Positions 10,124-19,821 of a stretch of DNA of 64,000 nucleotides are shown in pieces. Source of the DNA: an uncultured virus (IMG/VR IMGVR_UViG_2061766007_000176) (Duplodnaviria > Heunggongvirae > Uroviricota > Caudoviricetes); the IMG/VR virus record IMGVR_UViG_2061766007_000176; one strand, 5' to 3'. The notes beneath the pieces are model-generated. The model was not told the DNA's origin. It did no database searches and saw nothing but the letters and a program-made list of their open reading frames with translations. The position numbers were made by a program, and so were the translations under genes. Position 1 is the stretch's first letter. Each line of letters begins with the position of its first letter.

Positions 10124-10342
10124 ATGATTTTCAAGCAGGTAAAATTTCGGTGCCCCGATGTGGACACAGTGGAGCGCAAATCGGATGCTCTCGGTGGCAT
10201 CGCGGTTTATGAAGGCGACCTTGACAAAGACCCGCAGTATATAATTTGCGGATGTTGCGGTTGTCTGTTCGAGCCCGAAGATTTTGAACTCGTTCAGGTT
10301 ATGGAATGGATCCCCATTTCCGAAGCAATTCTGGGTGAGTAA
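10124..10342 (+). CDS. Small hypothetical protein
   Basis: RBS GAGGTG; IICGCCG motif. Confidence 0.7.
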   Translation: MIFKQVKFRCPDVDTVERKSDALGGIAVYEGDLDKDPQYIICGCCGCLFEPEDFELVQVMEWIPISEAILGE

Positions 10343-10473
10343 TCACCCAGTTTCTTTTGCGAAATTTGTACGTACAACGCGCCGGCACAATTTCATTTTC
10401 GTTTGCCGGCCCGCAAATTTAATACTTTTGTAACATTTAGGGGTTGACAACCCACCCCATATAGTGTATAATC

Positions 10474-11292
10474 TTATAACAGCGAATAACTCCAAATAAA
10501 CCCATAGGCTTTGGCTTGTGCCGAAGCCTTTTTTGCGAGATATTCTTTCTAATATCCAGTTTGTCGTGATGCTTCTGCAACACTAGGATATACTTTAACC
10601 AACTAATTATCTAAAGTATATTGATATAGTTCTTTATGAAAACCACGCTTGGCGCCTTTGGGTGCGATAGTCTCCAACTATTCTATAGACCATTGAAAGC
10701 CGCCAGCAGATTGTCGCTCACCCTATAAACAATGTGTTATATTACTATGTGGTATGCCGGTCGCTCTTTCAGCATCAGATAAACTTTTATATGTAGCAAT
10801 ATACTTACCATTTAAATCATATTGTGATATAGATTTCTATAAATACTCGCCAGCGGATCTTTGTATTCTTTCTTCCGCAGTTGTGCCAAAAGCATTTAAA
10901 GCATTACGTATTGCGGTTTCTCCATATCCAGTAATGTCGTGTATTTTCTACATATTATGACCAGCATACCATAAATCATATACTAATTGTCTGTCAGTAG
11001 TAATAGTACCTTCACCACCGTAAGTCTCATTATATCCATTCTTATAAGTATCATACAACTATATATAATACTTTTCCTTTTCTTTTGCTTCTTCAAATGT
11101 TAAACCATCTTCAAGTATTTCGGAAGTAAAATAATTAAAGCCATATTTTTCTATAGCTTTTCCAAAAGCAAATCCATCATTTACATATTTAATACCATTC
11201 TTGCCGGCCCGAAAATAGAGAGAATTACAAGTAATTCCAACATATTTTTTATTATTTTCTCCTGTATAACAGTAGACTTTCCAATCATTCAT
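10474..11292 (-). CDS. GIY-YIG homing endonuclease with NUMOD1-like repeats (TAG=Gln, 272 aa)
   Basis: KVYCY...KYVGIT, NGYNETYGG, QYDLNGKYIATYKS; 7 in-frame TAG, ends TAA; AT-rich insertion. Confidence 0.85.
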
Positions 11293-11444
11293 AATATCAC
11301 CTCAAAAATTTTTGATCTATAACCCTCTATATTATATGTGATACAAAAGCATCAAAAACCATATAAATTTTTCTTGACAATTTATTTTTTTTGATATATA
11401 ATAGTTACAGAAACAGAAGGAAAACTGTGTAAACCAGAGAGGAG

Positions 11445-12149
11445 ATGCCTATGGAAAAGGATAAATTTTTAGTGTTTGATACTGAGGTGTGTAATTGCCC
11501 AATGGTTGATGGGCAGTTGGATGTCGCAAATGGTCAGTTTTATGACCTTGGTTTACAAATCGTTGACAAAGATGGTTACGTTTATGATGAGTATTCCATT
11601 GTCAATGGTGATGTGTTCTGGGGTATGCCCGAAGCCATGAAAGAAGCGTACTTCGCAGACAAGCGACCGCAATATGTTGCGGATATTCTCGCAGGTAAAC
11701 GCAAGGTAATGAACACTTGGCAGATTTATAAACTGATTCGGCAGTTGTGTGCCGAGTGGAACGTAAAAGCGTGCGTTGCTCATAATGCGAGGTTCGACAT
11801 TAAAGTAACTAATGCGACCCTTCGGTATCAGACGAAAAGCAAGCGGAGATGGTTCTTCCCTTATGAAATGCCCATTTGGGACACCATGAAAATGGCGAAT
11901 GATACCATCTGTAAGCAGAAGCGTTACATTGAATTTTGTAAGCAGAATGGTTACATGACTAACCACGCAACTCCGCAAGTCCGCAAGACCGCAGAAGTCC
12001 TTTGGCGGTATATCACAGACGATGTAACTTTTGAAGAGGAGCATACGGGGCTTGCTGATGTAACTATTGAAGCACAGATTTTCGCCGAGTGTATCCGTCA
12101 GCATAAGAAAATGGAGCGTTTGGCAGAATTGGACGAAGGGGATATGTAA
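11445..12149 (+). CDS. DEDDh 3'-5' exonuclease
   Basis: ExoI VFDTE, ExoII AHNARFD, ExoIII EHTGLAD. Confidence 0.85.
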   Translation: MPMEKDKFLVFDTEVCNCPMVDGQLDVANGQFYDLGLQIVDKDGYVYDEYSIVNGDVFWGMPEAMKEAYFADKRPQYVADILAGKRKVMNTWQIYKLIRQLCAEWNVKACVAHNARFDIKVTNATLRYQTKSKRRWFFPYEMPIWDTMKMANDTICKQKRYIEFCKQNGYMTNHATPQVRKTAEVLWRYITDDVTFEEEHTGLADVTIEAQIFAECIRQHKKMERLAELDEGDM

Positions 12150-12278
12150 TATCCCCTTCGTCCCATGTAACCGCCATGTAACCGCGCCGGCCAGCGGATT
12201 TAATACTTTTGTAACAATTTTGTACTTGATTTGTAATATGATTTCTGCTATAATAATAGTGAAAGGAAGGTACAGAGT

Positions 12279-12821
12279 ATGCGGAATTACATTGAGAGAG
12301 CAAAGGATTTCATCGCCGAGATTTTCCCCTATATTGGGGAGTGGAATGACCCGTGGAACATTGGGTATGATGTTGCTGACTTCAACAAGCAGTGCCACCG
12401 CAAAGTTATTATGAAGCACGGCATTGCCCGTATTGCCCTTATCACTTCGGATTATGTGGTCAAGTATGACTTTGATAAGGATGAAGTCGAAGAAGTCGGC
12501 GGTTGCGAAGCCGAAGTCGAACTGTACGCCGAAGCAGTAAAAGACGGATTCAGCTATCTGTTCGCCGAGATTACCCATTATCCCTATCGTGGTCATGACT
12601 TTTACATCATGCCCCGCATCCGTGGCATCAATGGAGATAGTTGGGACCATGCCGATGTGTATATGACCGATGAGGAAAACGAGTGGTGCGACCGCCACCA
12701 TCTGTCTGACCTTCATTGTAACAACTATGGCTTCCGCAAGGGCAAGGTGTGTATCATCGACTACGCTTGTCACTTGTCCGAAGAATCTGAATCGGATTCT
12801 GAATCCTCAAGTTGGAGTTAA
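12279..12821 (+). CDS. Minimal protein-kinase-like fold protein
   Basis: VVK lysine, E..E helix, catalytic DLHCNN, metal-binding IIDY. Confidence 0.65.
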   Translation: MRNYIERAKDFIAEIFPYIGEWNDPWNIGYDVADFNKQCHRKVIMKHGIARIALITSDYVVKYDFDKDEVEEVGGCEAEVELYAEAVKDGFSYLFAEITHYPYRGHDFYIMPRIRGINGDSWDHADVYMTDEENEWCDRHHLSDLHCNNYGFRKGKVCIIDYACHLSEESESDSESSSWS

Positions 12822-13095
12822 CTCCAACTTTGGGCCGGCCCGCTCAATTGTATACAGTATACTTTGAAAATAATGCTTGACTTTAAGTAAAAATTCTGAT
12901 ATACTATATATGTCGAGAGGGAGAGGATACCGAGTGCCGAACTCCGATCAGCATGATCGCTCCCACCTTCTGACCGAAACTGATTAAAATCGGAGAAAAA
13001 AGTTTCGGAAACCTCTTGACAAAAACCAAAATCCATGATATACTAAATACGTAAAAAGGAGAAGGAAACTCCACAAACCAGAAAGGATAACCACT

Positions 13096-13428
13096 ATGAA
13101 GAAATCCACTCTGACCGCTATCGTTGCTCTGCTGAATGGCGAAACCGTTGACACCGAGGCTCTGAAAGTCGAAGTCGAAACCGAACTGAACAAGGGCGCG
13201 GAGAAAGCCCAGGCTAATCGCGACCTGTATGCGTCTGCCCACGATGTGGTGATTGACGCTCTGTCCAAGGTTACCTCTCCTGTGACCATTGGCGAACTGT
13301 ATGACGAAATCGCCAATGACCTCCCCGAGGGCATGACCAAGGGTAAGGTTCAGTATGCGGTGACTCGCCTGTGGGTAGACGAGATTGCCAAGACCGAGGG
13401 TAAGGTTAACACCTACTCCCTGCGGTAA
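13096..13428 (+). CDS. Putative winged-helix protein (copy 2)
   Basis: Paralog of 7970-8305. Confidence 0.75.
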   Translation: MKKSTLTAIVALLNGETVDTEALKVEVETELNKGAEKAQANRDLYASAHDVVIDALSKVTSPVTIGELYDEIANDLPEGMTKGKVQYAVTRLWVDEIAKTEGKVNTYSLR

Positions 13429-14186
13429 TCCTCTAAAGGGATAGGGTTCGCCCTATCGCCCTCCCTGCCTGTATGGGAGGGCTTTCCTTATTTCATTTTA
13501 CTTTAGCGCTTTAGCGTAATGAAGCGGGCCGGCACATGACAATCCTAAAACCGCACCGGCCCGCGATTGTATACAGTATTCTTCAAATTTAGGTATTGAC
13601 TTTTAGTAAAATTTCTGATATACTATAATTGTTCCAAGGGGAGAGGATAGTGCGAGCAGTATTCTCCTTGCTAACGCTCACTGACGAGTGAGATTCAGAA
13701 CTAAAAAATAAAAAAAGTTCTGAAAAAACCCTTGACAACAAGCAAATCCTGTGCTATAATAAGGATGTAAGGAGAGAAGAGCGATGGAGTTCCGTTAGGG
13801 CAACAACACTGTCACGGGGTGAGCCACTCCACCGNNNNNNNNNNGGGAAGCAAGGTGATAACTTGAGCGGAGTAAACGAAGGTCAACAGACCGTGGCGGA
13901 AACGCAACAAAGGGAAACCTCCCCTTGGGGGAAAACCCCTTGACATTAAGCACAAAATGTGCTATAATAGGGGTAAGAGAGAAGAGCGGTGGAGAACCGT
14001 TATGGCACAAAGTTGTTCGGGACGAGCCACTTCACCGCTCTTCAAAAAACACTTGACATTAAGCACAAAATGTGCTATAATGTATATGAAAAGAGGAGAA
14101 GNNNNNNNNNNGAAAAAAGTGTTGACAAACCGCACCGGATGTGATAATATATAGTCACAGAGAGGAAGAAAGGAAGGTAACCCACC

Positions 14187-14630
14187 ATGACACGCAACGA
14201 AATGATCGCCCGCTACAACGCACTGTCCGCCGCCACCGCCTACATCATCGGCTTTGTCCTCAACGGCATGATCTACTACACCATGTCCGCCCACATCGCA
14301 GACGAGTTCCTCAAGTTCGATCGGATGTCCTCCAAGCGGGGCGGTTGGGCAAAGATCCGCGTGAAGCTCAGCTCCGCCGATCGGAAAGCTCTGGTCGAGC
14401 TTGGCAAAGCGGTTCTCCTCGGATCAGCTGAACTGCTTCTCGATGAGAAGTACAACAAGGGCGAGTGCTTCGAACGGGTCATCACCGAAACCCTTACGGG
14501 CGAAACTTGGGTGAAAGATTCCGTCCCCTTCAATGTAGCGGGTGACATCACGCTGAACGGTGAGCAGGTGCAGATCAAATTCGACGGGGCAGAACTCACC
14601 AATGAAAGAACTCTCATGCGGATCGCATGA
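14187..14630 (+). CDS. Hypothetical protein (family copy 3)
   Basis: Near-identical to 5111-5557. Confidence 0.8.
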   Translation: MTRNEMIARYNALSAATAYIIGFVLNGMIYYTMSAHIADEFLKFDRMSSKRGGWAKIRVKLSSADRKALVELGKAVLLGSAELLLDEKYNKGECFERVITETLTGETWVKDSVPFNVAGDITLNGEQVQIKFDGAELTNERTLMRIA

Positions 14631-14681
14631 GAGTTTGACAGGGGATAAAATTCGTGATATAATATAGAAGGGTGAAAGAAG

Positions 14682-14825
14682 ATGGAAAAAATCGTGATGA
14701 TGACAGGATTTGGAATTATGTATCTGTGCTTTCTGTGCATGATTTGTATTGGTCCACAGTTCCTTACAGGTGTGCTTGTGGGCATGGCAATTACTATATT
14801 TGGTTATTATTTCCTCGATGAATAA
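14682..14825 (+). CDS. Small two-TM membrane protein
   Basis: Own promoter; hydrophobic 47 aa. Confidence 0.55.
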   Translation: MEKIVMMTGFGIMYLCFLCMICIGPQFLTGVLVGMAITIFGYYFLDE

Positions 14826-14942
14826 GCGCCGGCCGGCTAAAGTTCAGCCGGCCGCCAAATGTTACGAAAACTTAATAAATTTATCTATTGATTTGTAACA
14901 AATTATATGCTATAATAAGACCATAGAAAGGGAGGATGAAAG

Positions 14943-15095
14943 ATGACCCGCACCTACAAGAAGTCCGCAAGCTACCCGCATCCCACCAATTATCCCCACC
15001 ACAACCGCCACACGAACCACCGCGGACTCCGCAAGCGGATGGATCGGCGCGACCGCCGCAGGCTCAACCGCGAGGCGGCGAGCTGGGGCGCCTAA
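14943..15095 (+). CDS. Basic His/Arg-rich peptide (copy 2)
   Basis: Paralog of 6393-6542. Confidence 0.75.
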   Translation: MTRTYKKSASYPHPTNYPHHNRHTNHRGLRKRMDRRDRRRLNREAASWGA

Positions 15096-15195
15096 TGCGA
15101 GCTGGGAGCTAGCAAAAAAATTGCGAGCTGGGGCTTGACAAACTACGCAAGCTATGATATAATCAACCTGTAAGAAAGAGAAGGAGGATTTGAAG

Positions 15196-15354
15196 ATGGA
15201 TATGCACGAATACGAGGACAACTACTGGGACGATTACGATGCGTCCATGCCCGATCCCGAGGATGATTACCCCGAGGATGACTACTACGAGGATTGGGAT
15301 AACCTCGACATGGGCTTTGACCCCTACATGGGTTGTTACTCTGACGACTGCTAA
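15196..15354 (+). CDS. Extremely acidic peptide (copy 2)
   Basis: Ends GFDPYMGCYSDDC. Confidence 0.75.
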   Translation: MDMHEYEDNYWDDYDASMPDPEDDYPEDDYYEDWDNLDMGFDPYMGCYSDDC

Positions 15355-15367
15355 GGAGGAATGAATT

Positions 15368-15632
15368 ATGACAACTGTTATCTGCAACTGCCCGCTGTGC
15401 GGAAGGGTTTCCGAGGTCAACTGCGATGAGGTGGCATATTTTAAGTATGTAACNNNNNNNNNNNNNNNNNNNNNNNNNNNNNNNNNNNNNNNNNNNNNNN
15501 NNNNNNNNNNNNNNNNNNNNNNNNNNNNNNTTCTTTGTTGAGGAAGACGATGACGGGTGCGATGGCGAATGCGACGTCTGTTGCGATTTTGATTGCCCCT
15601 CCAATGCCTCACTCTTTACACCGCAGGAGTGA
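15368..15632 (+). CDS. Cys-rich zinc-binding protein (copy 2, spans an N gap)
   Basis: Both ends match 6795-7079. Confidence 0.7.
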
Positions 15633-15732
15633 GCGGGNNNNNNNNNNAACCCTTGACAACCACCCCAAAATCTGATATAATAAATACGAACAAAGGGAAC
15701 GACACCCTACAAACGAGAAAGGATTCACCACC

Positions 15733-16062
15733 ATGAAGAAAGCCACTTTCGAAGCCATCAAGACCGCTCTGACCAACTTCGGCTATACCGATACTGATGT
15801 CCTCGCCGAACTCGACAAGGAAATCAACAAGGGTGCCGAGCAGAAGGCGAAGAACGCCGAAGCCTACGATGCCATCCATGACATCGTGATGGGTGCCCTG
15901 ACCTCTGCTCCTGCGACTGTCGCGGAGATTTGGGAAGCCATCGAGAATGAAGTTCCCGAAGGCATCACCAAGGGCAAGGTTCAGTATGCCCTGACCCACC
16001 TCTGGGGCGATGAAATCGTCAAGGTGGAAGGCAAGCCGAATGGCTATCGGAAAGCGGTCTAA
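15733..16062 (+). CDS. Putative winged-helix protein (copy 3)
   Basis: TKGKVQYALTHLW...EGKPNGY. Confidence 0.75.
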   Translation: MKKATFEAIKTALTNFGYTDTDVLAELDKEINKGAEQKAKNAEAYDAIHDIVMGALTSAPATVAEIWEAIENEVPEGITKGKVQYALTHLWGDEIVKVEGKPNGYRKAV

Positions 16063-16134
16063 TCCGCTTTCCCCTCACCACGAGGGTTTCCGAGGGTCTT
16101 TCAGTGTGGTTAAACAACATAAGCCCTCCTTTAT

Positions 16135-16237
16135 GGGACGAAATGATGACAGTGGCAAGTCATCCGCCGAAGCGAAAGCAATAGCGATAGGTGTGCAAAA
16201 TGCCTATGGATGGGTTCAATTCCCACTCGTTCCACCA
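16135..16237 (+). ncRNA. tRNA-like RNA with alanine identity (G3.U70, A73, encoded CCA) and a non-canonical core
   Basis: Acceptor GGGACGA/TCGTTCC plus ACCA; T-arm GGG-TTCAATT-CCC; 6-bp D-like stem; two central arms with no canonical anticodon loop. Confidence 0.65.
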
Positions 16238-16238
16238 T

Positions 16239-16311
16239 ACCCCACTAGCTTAATTGGTAGAGCAACTGACTCTTAATCAGTAGGTTCAGGGTTCAAGTCC
16301 CTGGTGGAGTA
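16239..16311 (+). tRNA. tRNA-Lys(CTT)
   Basis: Cloverleaf: ACTGA-CTCTTAA-TCAGT anticodon arm, CAGGG-TTCAAGT-CCCTG T arm; one acceptor mismatch; CCA not encoded. Confidence 0.9.
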
Positions 16312-16527
16312 CACATCCCCTATTCCCTTCTTTCCTTTCTAGCCCTGCCTTACGGCAGGGCGCTTTCTTTATTCACATACTTTAATCCGCTAAAGCGGGC
16401 CGGTATATTCGTGCCGGCCCGCCAGTTGTACGTACAAATTTTCAAAATTTTAATTTCAAAATTTACTTGACAAAAATCAAATTTTAGATTATACTATATA
16501 TGTAATAAGAAAGGAATGGTGATTGAG

Positions 16528-16875
16528 ATGCCGAAACTGACTAAAACCGCAATCGACAAGGAACTCCGTACCCGTGTGCTTGATAGCATCTACAACGCAA
16601 AAGATGACCTCGACTTTCATGCTATTAATGAGCGTCAGTTGGGTCTTTTGCTAACTGACCTTAATGACCATCAGCGGTATGTCCGCATCAGCGTAATCGT
16701 TGCTGAGGAACGGGAAGATATCTCTGCCGAAGAACTGATGGCGATGGAGTGCGAAGCCTTCAATGCTAAACAGGCAGAAAAAGCCGAAAAGGCAAAGAAG
16801 AAAGAAGCCAAAATCGCCAAGGATAAGGCTCGGCGTGAAGCCGAAGCCAAAGCAAAGGAAGGCGAACAGGCATGA
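16528..16875 (+). CDS. Hypothetical protein, related to 9637-10113
   Basis: MPKLTKTA... and a KKEAKIAKD tail. Confidence 0.75.
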   Translation: MPKLTKTAIDKELRTRVLDSIYNAKDDLDFHAINERQLGLLLTDLNDHQRYVRISVIVAEEREDISAEELMAMECEAFNAKQAEKAEKAKKKEAKIAKDKARREAEAKAKEGEQA

Positions 16876-17299
16876 AAAAGTTCTGGGTTCACTTCGATGG
16901 TTACTGTGTAGTTGAAGGAGAGAACGAAGAACAAGCCGAATGGAGCTTCTTTGAGCATATTTACCCACCTGTAGATGAACCAGTATATAATGAAGTCTAT
17001 ACCATTACCAAGATTGAAGAAGTGGAGGAACAGAAATAATGCGTATCGGCAAGATCATTTTTGACACTGATAACATGACCTATGAAGAGGTCGACCAGTT
17101 GGTACAGGAACTGCGGGAAGTCCGCAAGCGGAAGGGCGAGGCAAGGGATTGTAAAATCCGTATGCGGAATATGGTTGAGTCATCCCTTGATCAGGGCTTC
17201 CGCTATATCAACCGCTATACGGGCGAACTGTTCAACGCAGACGAATGGTTTGTCTATGACGAAAGACAGAATTGTACTCACGGCGAAGAGGTAGATTAA
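16872..17299 (+). CDS. Two small hypothetical proteins (16872-17039; 17039-17299)
   Basis: Translationally coupled ATGA/TAATG overlaps. Confidence 0.65.
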
Positions 17300-17394
17300 T
17301 CTACCTCTTTTGTCCGTACAACTCGCGCCGGCGCAAGTTATGCTTGACTAACTCATTCATATTTGATATAATAATAGCGAAAGGAAGGGATAAT

Positions 17395-17811
17395 ATGGAT
17401 AAGATTAAACTGATTCGTGACTTCGCAAGCCTTGTCGCAGGTGAGCGTGTAATTATTCCTCGCAAGCGTGATTGTTGGAGTTTAAGCATGGCAGACGCAA
17501 AACCGCGTCTGATTCTCCCGCCCGACCCCGACCAAAATGATGAAGAAGATAAAGCCTTTCGCAAAGACTTTGTTCAGCGTTGCCTTATGGCAAGGGGATT
17601 TGCCAATGTAACTCTTTCTATCCTTCATGAAATCGGTCATCATTTCAATCGTGAAGCATATATATTCAGCGATGTGAATGAAGATGAATATGAATCCCAT
17701 TTCACCCTCCCGTATGAAATAGTAGCAACCGATTGGGCGATTGCGTGGCTTCAAGACCCTAAACACCGTAAACAGGCTAAAGCCTTTGAAAGACAATACT
17801 TTCAAGGCTAA
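17395..17811 (+). CDS. Zinc metallopeptidase-like protein
   Basis: HExxH motif in SILHEIGHH. Confidence 0.65.
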   Translation: MDKIKLIRDFASLVAGERVIIPRKRDCWSLSMADAKPRLILPPDPDQNDEEDKAFRKDFVQRCLMARGFANVTLSILHEIGHHFNREAYIFSDVNEDEYESHFTLPYEIVATDWAIAWLQDPKHRKQAKAFERQYFQG

Positions 17812-17906
17812 CGCGCCGGCCAGAATTAACAGAATTGTAATAATTTTGTAGTTGACTTTTAACATTTATTCTGCTATAATAAGAGTGTGAAAGGGAGGAA
17901 TGAAGT

Positions 17907-19246
17907 ATGAAGAAAGTTAAAGTGAAGTCCAATGTTGAAATCTTTATGGGTCAGCGGAAGTCTTGGGGTAATGTAAATCCCGTGACCAAAGTGATTCCCG
18001 ACAAGCGGTTTAAGAAACCGAAGTACAAGGGAAAGGAATGGGATTAATGAAAGTGATTCCTCGTTATAAACTTAATTGGGTAACTGAAGAAGAACCTGAC
18101 GAAGAATGGCTTCCTGGCGAACAGATTCCTCACTTCTGTTATTGTAATAACAAGACAGAATTGGAAAATCGTCATCAGCAAGCCGTGACCGAAGGTGGTT
18201 ATAATTTCTCTGTTGATGTGTGGTATTGGAATCAATATATGGCTTCTAATATTGGGAGGGATTGGGAATGAAATTTATACAAAAAACTACCTATGACCTT
18301 GGAAGCCTTGACTACTATCGTGATGAACTCGGATGGAATGTTGATTCCATCGAAGATGTGGTCGAACGCATTAAGGATTGGAATGATGAGGAATTGCGTA
18401 CACTTTTGGGATATGCTACTGACTATGAATGTTGGGCAGAAGAAACCGAAGTATAAAGGAAAGGAGTGGGACTAATGAACCTTAATTTCGCATTGTTCAA
18501 TCTGAATGTGGCTTTGCCGTGGTGGGCATACATACTGATTATCGCATCGCCCTTTATTCTTTCGGCAATTATTTCCCTTGTAGTTTACTTTATCAACCGC
18601 TATTTTTAAGGAGGTAACCGCTATGATGAACTATTGCCCCGTATGTAAATCGTCTCTCATTTGGATATCCAGCGATGAGGATACCAATGGCAACGAACTG
18701 TTTTACACCAGTACTTCCGAGTGTACAGAATGTGGTCTGGTAGTACATGAAACCGAAACTTACACCCGCACCAAGGTCGAAGCAACTTTCGAATTTAAGG
18801 AGGAAGACTAATGGATATTTATCCGAAGTGCCCTTATTGTAAATGCGACATTGACTACCATGATAAACTCAGTGATGACTATGACGATGCTTACTATTTT
18901 GTAAGTTGGTCTGGTTTTTGCCCTCGGTGTCAGCGCACCTTCTCGTTTTCTGAAACATTTAAACTTGTAGAAAGGCGGTTCCTTGATGAAAAAGATTCTG
19001 ATTAAACGTCTCGTATACTCCGATGGTCAGGGTAATACCCTCATCGGCGCAGAGGAATATAGCGGTCATCTCGACGACTTCAATATTCTTGGGGCCATCC
19101 ATGAAGTAGGTAAAACCGCGTGGATCGGGCAGTCCCTTTGGGCACTCCATCGCGGTGTTCCTGCGTATCGTATCACCGTAGGTAAATTCTATCAGTATCA
19201 GAAGCGGTGGTATGAAAACGTTTTTGATGCGCTTCGGCGCATCTAA
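17907..19246 (+). CDS. Operon of seven small hypothetical proteins (17907-18047, 18047-18271, 18268-18456, 18475-18609, 18623-18811, 18811-19005, 18986-19246)
   Basis: RBS-linked, overlapping start/stop codons; two carry CxxC pairs, one is a TM peptide. Confidence 0.65.
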
Positions 19247-19346
19247 AACGGGCCGGCCGCAATTTAATACTTTCTTAACAATTTTCCTATTGACTTTTAC
19301 CATAAATCTGTTATAATATATATAGAAAAGGAAAGGAGATTGCCCC

Positions 19347-19821
19347 ATGAACTACGATTTCGACCTTAACCAAGCCATTGAAGATTTCCACGCGATGTGT
19401 GAGTGGTACGGCGACTACCCTCTGAAATACGAACATTACATTGAATATGCGGTACACGCACAACTCGATTACTTCCCCACCGATTTCCGCTTTCAGGATG
19501 CGGTTCGGCGGTTGAAACTCGCCCTTGGTGGGTATCAGTTGAAAATGGAGTTAGATTAATATGGAAAAAGTAAAATCTTTCTTCAGTATTGAAATGCCCT
19601 ACCGCTTTGAATGGAATGACTTGCGGTGCGGGATTACCATCCTCAACGTAATACTCATTATGTTATTTGGACTCCAAGTATCGTGGTTCGGTCTTGCGGT
19701 CGCAGTATTCGGCGTGTGTAAAGACTTCTCACAGCATCGACATATCAATGATATACTCATGCATATGTCAAGCGTGGTCCTTAACATATACTTCCTTTCC
19801 CTTCTCTATAGCGGGACTTGA
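19347..19821 (+). CDS. Two hypothetical proteins (19347-19559; membrane protein 19561-19821)
   Basis: Own promoter and RBS; terminator hairpin AGCGGGAC/GTCCCGCT. Confidence 0.7.

Noticed and set aside
11553..12773. 406-aa minus-strand ORF and similar long antisense ORFs (e.g. 9517-10200, 6282-6935, 3645-4181)
   Set aside because: Shadows of well-supported plus-strand genes; no RBS or recognisable motifs
16135..16237. tRNA-Sec or complete tmRNA
   Set aside because: No TCA anticodon, and far too short to contain a tag reading frame or pseudoknots
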